A DNA stretch of 64,000 bases, taken from a virus (lineage: Duplodnaviria > Caudoviricetes). Under the pieces are notes generated by a model. The model saw only the letters and a program-made list of their open reading frames with translations, made no database searches and had not been told where the DNA came from. Positions 40,701 through 49,800 of this stretch are shown here, in pieces (position 1 is the first letter of the stretch; each line of letters begins with the position of its first letter). The stretch spans positions 96,001 through 160,000 of IMG/VR virus record IMGVR_UViG_3300032038_000003; one strand, given 5' to 3'. The translations under genes were made by a program, and so were the position numbers.

Positions 40701-40875
40701 TCATCATTCTAACATCACCAATCTCTAAGTTAAAATCGTCATATAAATATCTATGATCATAACTTATATAATTGTCTTGGTCTAAAGGTTTGATCTGTCT
40801 CGCACTATTTGTGCGAGACAGAGCATCAAACATTTGTAGACCTTGTTCAGTTGTAAAGTTAATTACATCAGACAT
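34759..40875 (-). CDS. Baseplate hub/tail lysin (2038 aa) with inserted NlpC/P60-like (degenerate), GH73 and SleB/Hydrolase_2-like domains
   Basis: FDNLG (38899-38913); ILAHAALESGWG...NNYFGIGAFD...YATDPEW; LAIAIATECEGE...HIFY. Hub-like RVHLRMGYGS, TPWDVFQ and GQPQVKPDDY. Confidence 0.8.
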   Translation of the reverse strand: MSDVINFTTEQGLQMFDALSRTNSARQIKPLDQDNYISYDHRYLYDDFNLEIGDVRMMIPPEFIYVSSESFSQNIQTLRQENSQKQKTGYHKRTIQIDLVFDGMDEINGYKVPGPAHKDGDKYSNFYYVDGLRPLLAQFKLTPFLPVRNELLNDAYNIYVVALQSIVISTIDGFQNALTAHVTLQEVDMMPYIEMPNIMFRHTIDWDLFRYYTQSILTEEHVYKNLQSLPVNRDHTAFKLSILSEKVLATVEDKTDGTTKEQTILQKVINPDNYETVIDSNDSDVHITAFQCSYANMLTSIQMSDACSPTLQYLGGLDTQFNIVFETTDVNVVGSIEQCQIKNDLMTRNNPKIRGSIGFVKVEADFVTFCGSLFCTIESVETHTVPGIPGLYQVRLLCVSYDIAQSKREELNGFLPFDGHESNVSELELTGSALKAATAPNENQCIEQSLSGLMTKIYQDNYAEWKLRTTMEVYPDLRLPTYAEVNEAITNINAFRRYNNKDQLPYTSYPLQPSNVSFGKGDTRSRYPNSWLNEGGNNVYKNGNVPSSPIYQGYVDPDFYVFYPNTYLSIYHEEQEQANQEKQSTGSTGFQGYSNPVQTDGISGSTERQFKPTYGDGEDTDTKVTGFINLLRTKLGCHYEANAEGEVRDWKGEKFDNLGLITWTLKTMGILPDNFQRLKARDLDSMDIFQQVSSSDIKRGDIISDSSKTWHVVALGYDKTKNLAVIDVNQIDGVTEEQLPFSVGNVYRIIPLQEDSNMQGTSQSNPYDSDGNQYPDENGNIVPKKATVISQTEGYESDNPFGDDSAESRAYNQTSNASFGTGGGGNTDTINQDLGVWSPISETELNAYINSVAPSNSPFRNNASVFIKAGQESGLDPRYILAHAALESGWGTSKISRDKNNYFGIGAFDSSPYSSAYSFNSGLAAGIIGGAKWISNNYYNSSYGQKTLNQMRNNGGVHEYATDPEWHNKIAEIMDGMPRNASAQCINGPAGTSTTVSASIDNSDAIKLNEYNRRNRAANAEELADTTAPIELDQASISELSLPDIEDDGSAWTDGSVTISEYKTMTTDEFNALAIAIATECEGETLACKMAMAQYIYDSIQFHYKGGGITAYIKNNNFSSDKTSQEEKDMNEAKACVQRVFQAGARWKKNYKVLAFTSMSNSNYAVNHRNAKYVQIGTVNQHIFYGYKEPSYTVGYNIKGYGVSQASSNTVTVARQYSVSAVNISDTLAFGKPIYIKSKHFDTHDSNVGEEWSKLNNDLNRINTSFVDDCQYSSKGRLVKAFPTFLFCILDDQAQWYDGRKLWTNFYVYKPVIDIQYHAANDMPTETAQITVTNTYHNLDRSSAALINYSIADDKDYCGFNRWLYKNFGMIAGGLKITNRLIQMHSILFNHTKVREGARVHLRMGYGSDPMSLAPIINGTISGMTLGDQISITVTSDGHELIQSITSDKTKDVNNGALGLFGLGATQEASNIIGEIMVKRESWMNHLFFGGNWFEGSKYNIEHFGLYINSGDQYFLQGGIDTGIYEQYDLMMNVYKASNSDGWFGVTYRHWGYMYTSESLLAIFGRDGESNIVFNQYNMTPWDVFQLCAQTMPEYLIKAEKYQFDSRLYFGLPFDLTKYRYDIINGTIYQECKANTQMHYIDSLSAIIENQVSVTSRPSFTNAKVIYTRGSTPKATAIIHSDDTIDNSKQSTHIIDSCIVQDYLGWDAFYEFTGISKHGKEAARKLGISNLLYGWQQQYQGQILCLGQPQVKPDDYLMVNDFYTNLNGLAMTREVIHSFSTSTGFTTSIIPGIIGFCPEQDSGNITLIASFLKLYSQFTEYAQSRKLLKENCERYADAVTLIQSSYRKLNANQAFNAGVLGFKSAVHTTAMATSALEVYALIRTFRSFESITHALQTLGAVAKYAKTATQAVKFGKSVVGIVRAVEAINQISGIADKVAIGLNSVGVAAAPETLGLSLAVTLIITLIIDVVLDEIVSWLENRNVCVLLPLWWEGKPFIAGVKDGEKILLIGDENSGTEENTGEDGKETDADEISVEDN

Positions 40876-40881
40876 ATATTA

Positions 40882-43800
40882 TCACTCCGTTAGTTGTGCA
40901 AATTTATTTTCGAGCCAATTATCAGTAATTTTTGAATTATCTCTGGTAATGTTTACTTGTCCATTATTTACTCCAGATTGATTCATCATTCTCTGATAAG
41001 ATTGTGCTTGTAATTTGTTATAGCTTTGTGCAGAAACTTTAAAGTTAAAACCAGAGGCTGCATCATGGTATATTGTCTTATTCTTTAAAGCAGAAGGTAT
41101 AGATGGAGGAGCAATCTTTTTGTGTGATCGCTGTGTTGTTTGTGCATCACTTGCTTGATTGCGATACTGTAAACCATTTTTATTATTGATTTTAACACCC
41201 TTAACATCTTGTGATGTTAATTGTCTTTCTACAGAATCTGGTACTTCGACGCTGTCATTGTCTTGTTTAGTAAATAATGCATGTCCTACAAGTCCAAGTA
41301 CGGCAGCTCCACCAGCAATAGCTCCACCTATTTTAAGACGTTTTCCAGTTTCTGGAGATATATTTTTAAATGATTCACCAATTTCTTTAAGTAAAGTCTT
41401 TTTCTGTATACCTTCAGATGCTTCTCTTGCAGCTTTAGCAGCATTTTCTTTTGCTTGACTAGCAGCTTCTTCTGTAAAAGTTTTGCTTAAGTTATTAAGT
41501 GCATCTGGATTAAATACTGCCTTATAAGATTCTCTTAATGTATCTGCATTAGTAAAATCTAAGCCTATTGTGGTTGCATTCGTATTTCGATTGACAACTG
41601 ATAATATTTCTTTAGTATTTAATGCAGCTTTATATTCAAGAGAATCAGTAGCAAGTGTATTTAATGCATCGTCAATTTCGGTACGTATAGAATGAATCTG
41701 ATTGCCAGAAAGATCCAAAATTCTTGTTCCTGTAAATTGTCCATAGCCTATTCTGGCATTACTAATTCTCGTATCTAATACATCTTTTATTTTAACATTG
41801 TTTAAGCTAAGAATAAAGTCATCATTTCTGGCAAACTTATCCCATCCGAAACGATATATCATTTCTTCTTCAGCGTTTTTAGCTTGAGATAAAGACTTAA
41901 ATATATCTTTTGTGGTGTTATCAACTTCTGTCTGATATAGCTTTTTAGCATTATCAAATGCTGTAACTTCAGATGTATCAGTATTAGTAATACTATCATA
42001 AAAGTCTTTAGCGATTTTATTAACATTTTCTGTTCTTGTAGCTATTAAATTTTCTATTTCGCTAGAAATTTTATTAGACAGTTTTACTTCGTTTAAATCT
42101 CTGACTAAAAATTCATTGTTTTTAATTTTTATATTACTGTCTCTTAAATATTCAGTAATAGTCTCTTCTGCTGTATTACCAGTAATTCTGTTTTTGTTTT
42201 TATTTGGATTAGCAGCTATTTGCTTATTGATGCTACGTATTAGTTCTTTGGCATCTTTAGAACCTTCAATCATGCCGTTTTCAATGCCAAATTGTAAACG
42301 TTCATTAATATCAGTAATTCTACGTTTTAATGCTACGCTATCAGTACCAACAATATTAGCAAGAGTAGTGCCGAGTTTTATATGTGGATTGTAACCTTGA
42401 ATAATAGTAGAAGCATTAATACTTTCGTTAAATCTAGCTTCAAACGAAGCATCGTTAACGTTATCAAATAACCATTGAAGATTATTTTCTATTGTTAAAG
42501 CACCAATGTGTTTTTGTACTTGTGGTAAGTTTCCTGTTGTAATATTCCTTATGTTTAAGTTCCACTCAGGTGTATCTATATCGGTAACATTTAATAAATT
42601 ACGACCTTTATATTTCTTAATATTTTCATTAAGTTGCCTAATGGTCACTGGATTCCATTTAGGATCTATTTGACTAATAGCCTTACCTTCTTGACCAGTT
42701 AAGAAATCAAATTCGCTTAAGTTAACTTTAATCGGTCCATTTTCTTTGTCTTGAACAAACCCTTTAAAGACTAAACCAATTGGACCGTTTTTGCCAGCAT
42801 ATGTTAAAATATCACCATTTCGTAATGCTCTACCAAAAATGTTAAGTGCGTCATCGGTTTTTGACATACCAGCTTTTAGCATTTTTCTAACTGGCATATC
42901 TAATGTGAAATTACCTTTAATGAGTTCGTTCAATCCATCACTGTCTAAGTCTTGAACACCACTTAATAATTTCGGCAAATACGATGTTCTAAAAGAACTA
43001 TGGTATCCAGCATAAGCGTTTTCGTGTTGAGAAAGGTCATATAATCCGCTTAAGTAAATTTTACCAAGCAAATTAAAATCATCGGTATCTTCAGCAATTT
43101 GTAAAGCAGTTTTAAGTGATTTATTCCATTCTGTAAAAGATTTGCCCATAATTTCTTGAGCAAGTTCTGAATTGGTTTGGCTTGAATCTGCAAAGAATAC
43201 TTTACGAGCACCTTCTACTAAGTCTGTCATTGCTTCTTGTATCTTGTCTTGATTAATTTTTTCTGCACCATTGGCATTGGCAAATAATTGAGCTACACCA
43301 ATTCTCCAAGCACTTGAATTATTTAAAGTAGCAGCATCATGTACATGCTTTGTATCGATACCTTTCTGTTCAAGTAAAGTTAATAAACCGCCTGGTTCAC
43401 CATTTTCAAAAGTAAATAATACTCTTCTAATATCTCTTAATGAATCAAGTTCTTTTTTATCAGTTGCAAGACTCATCATATAAGTCATTGCATCTCTTAT
43501 TTCAAGGTTAGGCTTTGAATAATTACCGATATATTCTTTTGCTATTCTTGCTTGAATGGCAGCTTTAATCATATCTGGATTGTTAATCGAACGCCCAACT
43601 CTTTCATCAAATTGTGCAAACTGCTCTCTAATTTGTTTGGAATGTGCTATTAATAACGATTTAATATCTTTATTATCGTCTTTTAATAACAATTCATAAT
43701 CTTCTGGAGATTCATTTTTGATAGCCATCATAAAATTGTTTTCAGCATTATCATAAGCTGCTTTATCAAGGTCTTTTAATAACGAAGCCTTAAAAGATGC

Positions 43801-46800
43801 TTCATCTCCATAGCGGTAGTCTTTAATAGAATCCTTTAATGATTTCGCAAAAATATTTTTATTATGTAAATTCATATTTTCGAACTGTGTTTTCATTAAA
43901 TTATATTCAGATTCTTTATTAGCATTTTTAGCAAGTAATCCACCATTACCTAAGAATTTAATGAATTCCCGATCGCCATCAAAGTCCAGATTTTGGAGTA
44001 TAGAAAACTGAGGACCAAGAAATCTTACTTCATGTCCTTGCATTAAATCATCGAGATATATTCTTACTGGTAACACACCAGTTTCGTTAAAGAACGGATA
44101 ACGACCAGTGAGTCCAAGGATACCTACTTCTCTGGCATATCTATCTCCAACATTTTCAAATAACGAATTTATTTGCATCAAAAATGTTCTTTGATCTTCT
44201 GATGTAATACTTTTATTTAAACCATTAATACCATCGTCGAGATTAGATAATGCAAATAAATCATTAATATAAGAATTAGTTCTTTGATTAAATGTCTTTA
44301 CAGCCGTTTTTTGCTTAGTAAAATAATCTCCATGACTACTCAATATTTTGTCTATAGCATAAGCTGTATTATTTGCCCATTCTTGATGATTAGTACCATC
44401 GAATGTGGTTCGTAACTGTTGTAATGCATCATACAATTCTTGATTAGTAATATTGAATTTAGAAGCTTCGTATTGTATGCCCTTAGATAAATCATATGTG
44501 ACATTTCCAGGTGTATCTTGATAATGAAATCTGCTGATATCATCATAATGAGTTAATCCAGCACTATCACCACTGAAATAATCTTGTACTATTTGCCATC
44601 CTATATGACCAGTATCCATTTCTGTATCTTTAAACATTTGTTTACTGGTCGTAATAGCACTTTCAATAACGTCACCAATTAATACGCCATTATCATCATA
44701 ATGTCTTAAGTATTGAGCATATTTTTCATTACCAGATGTAATATTCAATAAAGAAACAACATCTGTTTTTTCATTTTTAATTTTTGCAACTCTTTCATTA
44801 AGTAAGTTTTTTCTTTTTTGATATGCTGCTGCAAGACTTTGTAATGATTTACTATTGTAACTACCAGTTTGTTCAAGTGATTTAGATAATGAATATTCTA
44901 AATTACGTATATTAGCTATATCATCAGAAGACATAGGTAAAGTAGGCACAATAGCATCTTTTGCTAAAGCACCATATGAATTAGGCATATTCATTTTGTA
45001 TAATGCTTTTGTTAATAAAGAATTCTTATCAGCAGCATTAAGTTCTTTACCGTACGCCTGAAATAAGTCTTGTAATGCACTACTAATTTTATCAGCGTTT
45101 TTAGAACCATTTACATCTAACTCTTTAAGTGTTCTAAAGAATTTTATAGTTGCTTGAGTAGACTTACCAAGGAACATATCTTCATCAGTAGTTCTTAAAT
45201 ACTGATACGGTAATACAATACCAGTCATTTTTCTGTTATTGAACTTGAATTCGCCATATTTTAATAAGTCTAAATAAAAACTATTGCTTTTATATTCTAA
45301 GCGAACACTATTATTGCCAAGTCCAGCTAATGATTGAATATAAGGAGTGTCTTTACCATCTACCCTAAAGATAAAGTTAGCGTATGCTTCTGTCCCAGCT
45401 CCTTTATGTATTCTTGATAATAAGTCTTGAGCGTCTACTTTAATGATATTTTTAGCGTTAATATCGAATTTACCATTGATGTAATCTATAGCATCAAATG
45501 TACCAGATACCATTCTTGATTCAAATTCTGGAGATAAAGTACCTCTTCTTGAACGTACAATATCAGACCATGTACGGTCTATATTTTTTAAACCAACACC
45601 AGCAATTGTTTTATCATATGTTCCATTTTGAATACTGCTTCTAATATGTTCTGCAAGTTTAGCACCATTACCATTAACATAATCACCAGTATCTTGCATT
45701 ACAAGAGCTTGATACAATCTTTGGTCCATTTTAAATGCTTGACCTTCAAATGTATTCATTTGCTGTCTTTGAATAGACTGTAATGCAATATTGTTCTGTT
45801 CAAAATAATCAATTGTTTTAATAGCTTCTTGTGCAATAGCATTATTACTTTTTCTTAACGAATTAACTAAAGCATCAAGTCGATTAATAGATTCATTATC
45901 CATTGGATTATCGAACATTATTGCTCCAGAAATTTCATCATAAGAAAGATGATCTCTTAATTCTTGATTGATTATTTTATAAAATTCGCTCTTTTCAAAG
46001 CCGTTTTTCTGAATATCATCTTTAAATGTTGAGGCAATAATATTCCATCTTGAATCAATAGATGTATCGCTTAAGTGTTTAAAAATATTATTATCAAAGA
46101 TAGCAACCGTCTTGAATTTTGTTTCATTTGGTGCAATTGCATCCATTACTAAATCTGTATATCTATTAAGTAGCCTAACGTCTTCTTTAAAATCGCCAGT
46201 TGTTTTAAGTCCAACAGACTCTAACGTTTGTTGTATTTCTTTTACTCTTTCGTTAGCATCCATAGACATATAATAAGAAAATGTTTCTGCTGTAGCTTTT
46301 TCTTCGCCAGCCATTATCTTAGTTCCTTCTAATTGACGTTCTACTATAGCTTGTGTTTTACCAGTGCTCATTAATTCAACGGCATTCTTTTGTGTAAATT
46401 CAGGAACAGTTTGGCCTTTATAAATAATATCTGTAAATTTACCATTACGGTTCAATTTTCTACCAATGACAGTACCGTTTTCTAATTTGTTGCCAATCAA
46501 TTGATTTAATACATTAGCAGTTTCTTGTTGTTCTGTTTCAGTACCAATTTCAAAGATAGACTTAATTTGAGGAGAACGAATATTTTTTGGATCTCCAAGA
46601 ACAAAGAATTCTTGGTTGGCTATTGAAGGTCTAATATATGCCTTGCCCTCGTATGTATTAATATCGTTTACCATACGGCGGTAAACTTTTATTGCCGCTT
46701 CTTCATCTAAATCACCAAGATTACGTTTAATATACTCTATGGCTTTAGATTCATTAGCACGAATCTCTGCATCACTAATAGACTGCACAGCACCAATAAT

Positions 46801-49800
46801 ATTTCTACGGGAAATATTTTGTGCGGTTACAGCCTCTCCAGCTTCCTTTAAGACTTGTGTATCCATCATTCTTATACTATCAACTTCTTGTTTGGTAGTA
46901 TAAACATCACCAAAGTTAATACCAAGTCTTGTTTGTAAATAATCTGTGTCTGTAAAAAAATGTTCATCTAAGCGATAAGAACGATAGTTTCCTCTCTGCG
47001 TATATGTAGGACGGATAATTCCAGATGATCCAGAGTTATTCATCATACCAGGATTCCAATTATCTATATGCATCATCATTTTATGAGCAAATGATTCAGA
47101 ACCAACGGCATCTAATCCAGCTTCATAAGCAAGTAAATGTAATGCATTACTTAAGTCTTTAGAAATAATATTATTGTCTTCTGATGCTTTAGATAATATC
47201 TGTAAGAAGCTATCACCTTGTAATGCTTTAATGGCATTTATTTCAACATCTTGTAATCCATGTGTATTTGTGCCATTAATAATACCTTCTATAATATTTC
47301 TATCAGAACCTATACCGTCAGTTTGAGAGGTTAAATATCTTTGATAGAAATGCTTAAATGGTTCAGAATCATAGACAGAATTAATAGCAGATTGATTAAA
47401 AATCTGAGTTTTATCTTCTGCATATATTAAATTATATTCATCATTAAAGGCTTTAAAAATACCTCTTAATGCGTTTTCTGCCTGTACAGATTTTCCATTG
47501 GCAGCATTATATCCAGCATCAGAAGTAAGTTTTTTAGTTAAATCTAATAAACCAAGATTGCCTTCTCCTGGATCAAGAGCAATAGTGTGAGCGTACTCTA
47601 TATCTTTAACAGATACAGAATGACGTTTAACAAAGTTGCCATGCAAATCATAAGTACCATTCATTTGCGGAGAAGCTTCATCCGACATTCTGGCAATATT
47701 AGGATTATTAAGTAAAGAGATTGCCCTTCTGTAATCGCCAACAGAGTTTGCTTCAAGAGCAGGCTGCATTCTTTGTCTAATGCTTGTTAAATAGCTACCA
47801 CCCTGGTCTTTAATTCCCCCTTTGATAACACCATCTTTTTCATACATATTCAAGGATAATGTATCATATCTGTAAAAGTTATCACCTTGTTTAACAAGTA
47901 CCGCTCTTGCTCCATGTCCACCGCTCCACTTACCGTCAGCGTCTTTAACGCCGCCAGTTAATTTACGAATAGTATCATTTTCTTCAAGGTTAAATACTTT
48001 AAGATATGGAATTTCAAGATATGAAGCTTTACCTTCTAACGCTTCTTTAATTCGTCTATTAGATGCGTTGCTATCTAAGTTAGATAGTGTCTCGTAAACG
48101 CTACTATAATCCTTGTCTCTTGTGAAAATAGCAAACGCAGAGCCATCTTTTGTTTGTGACTTAAAGAATAAAGACCGTACTGCGTCTTGCCCGTTTTCAA
48201 GGTTTTTATTATATAAAGCTATATTTGATTTTCCTTTATAATTAGTATAATAAATAGTGCTATATTCATTAATGCTTTCATCGTCATAATTCATAGAACG
48301 CAAAACGTCTCTAATTTTAGAAAAATTATCAACGTCTCGTCCATTGACTTTAGTAATATCAAAATTATCTTTTATTAAAACAGATTTGCTTAAGCGATTA
48401 ATATTTTCTGTCGTTTTTGTTTTAACTTCATCAGATAATTTTCCAGTAACAAAAGCCATATTAGAAGTAGCACTTTCAAGCAATATACTACCTTTGTCTT
48501 TATTTTGAATAAATTGAAGTGTCTCAGGATGAATGCCATAAGTCTGGGCGACTTCATCAATAGAGAATCCGCCATCTAATAATTCTTTAACATCTCCAAC
48601 AGTTTGATATCCCAACTTACGCACAGGCACACTATTAGCACTCATATGCGTAACAATAGATTGAGCAATAGAATATGCTTGGCTGCTTGCTCCATGTGTC
48701 TTTTGAATTACAAATCCATGTGTCTTTTGAATTACAGATAAGTCTTCTGTTGTTAACAAACCGTTTTCTTTTAAGGTTTTGGCTGCACCAAGAAGTTTAT
48801 CTGCTACTTCAGATTCAGACATTCCTTTTTGACGATATGTGTTTAATAACTGTCTTGAACCTTTATTAATATCTTCTACGTTAATTCTGGCATAGCTAGA
48901 ACCGTTAGGGACCATGACAGAATTTAAGTCGTCGATTGTATATGTCTTTCCGATAAAAGGTTTTGTGCTGGTTGCGGTTTTTAAATAATCATCACGCATC
49001 GTACTAAATGCAATAGTACGAGAAAGGTTTGTATCTATTTTAGTAATTTCGCTATTTGCAAATGAAAAGAACTCTTTATTTGCATCAAACATGTTAAAAG
49101 TTTGTTGCATAATTTTACGCTCATCATATCTTCGTATGCCAGCTTGATATGCAGTAAGTGATTGAGCGACTTTAGAGTTTCTAAAATGTGATGTAATGCT
49201 ATCTATTTGATTTTTGTCTGCATAGTCAATAATATTAGTAATATTATTGCCAGTACTAATATTAGAAAGCATTCCAGCAACAGTCTTAATTTCTTTACGG
49301 TTAGTATCTAATAAATGCATAGAAGAAACAGCCTCGTCAGATAACGAAGCTAAATCTTGATACATTTTATAATAATTTTGAAAGCTGGCAAAACCACCAG
49401 CTTGTACTGTTTGACCATTACTACGATACGCAGAAACTTGTCCGACATCAAAGAAACCGTCTATGACACGCCTTGCGATATCTCTGTCATGAATGGTATT
49501 TTGTAAATCAATATTGGCTTCTGTTTGATGCACTAAAGAAGTATGGTTTGTAAGCCATGCTTTAAAATCAGCTTCTCCTTCGAATGCTTTAAATAAAGTA
49601 GCTCCTGAATTGTTAACGGATTCAAATCTTGCAAGGTATTTATTTGATGTTTTTGCAATAGTATGATCGTTCCATTCAAGACCGTCATATTGTGTAGAAC
49701 CGACACCACTGAATTTCCAATATTGATTAGATACTGAATATCCAGTAGTAGCTTGACCATCAATTACTACAACGTCTTGAGAACGAATATTACCTTTAGA

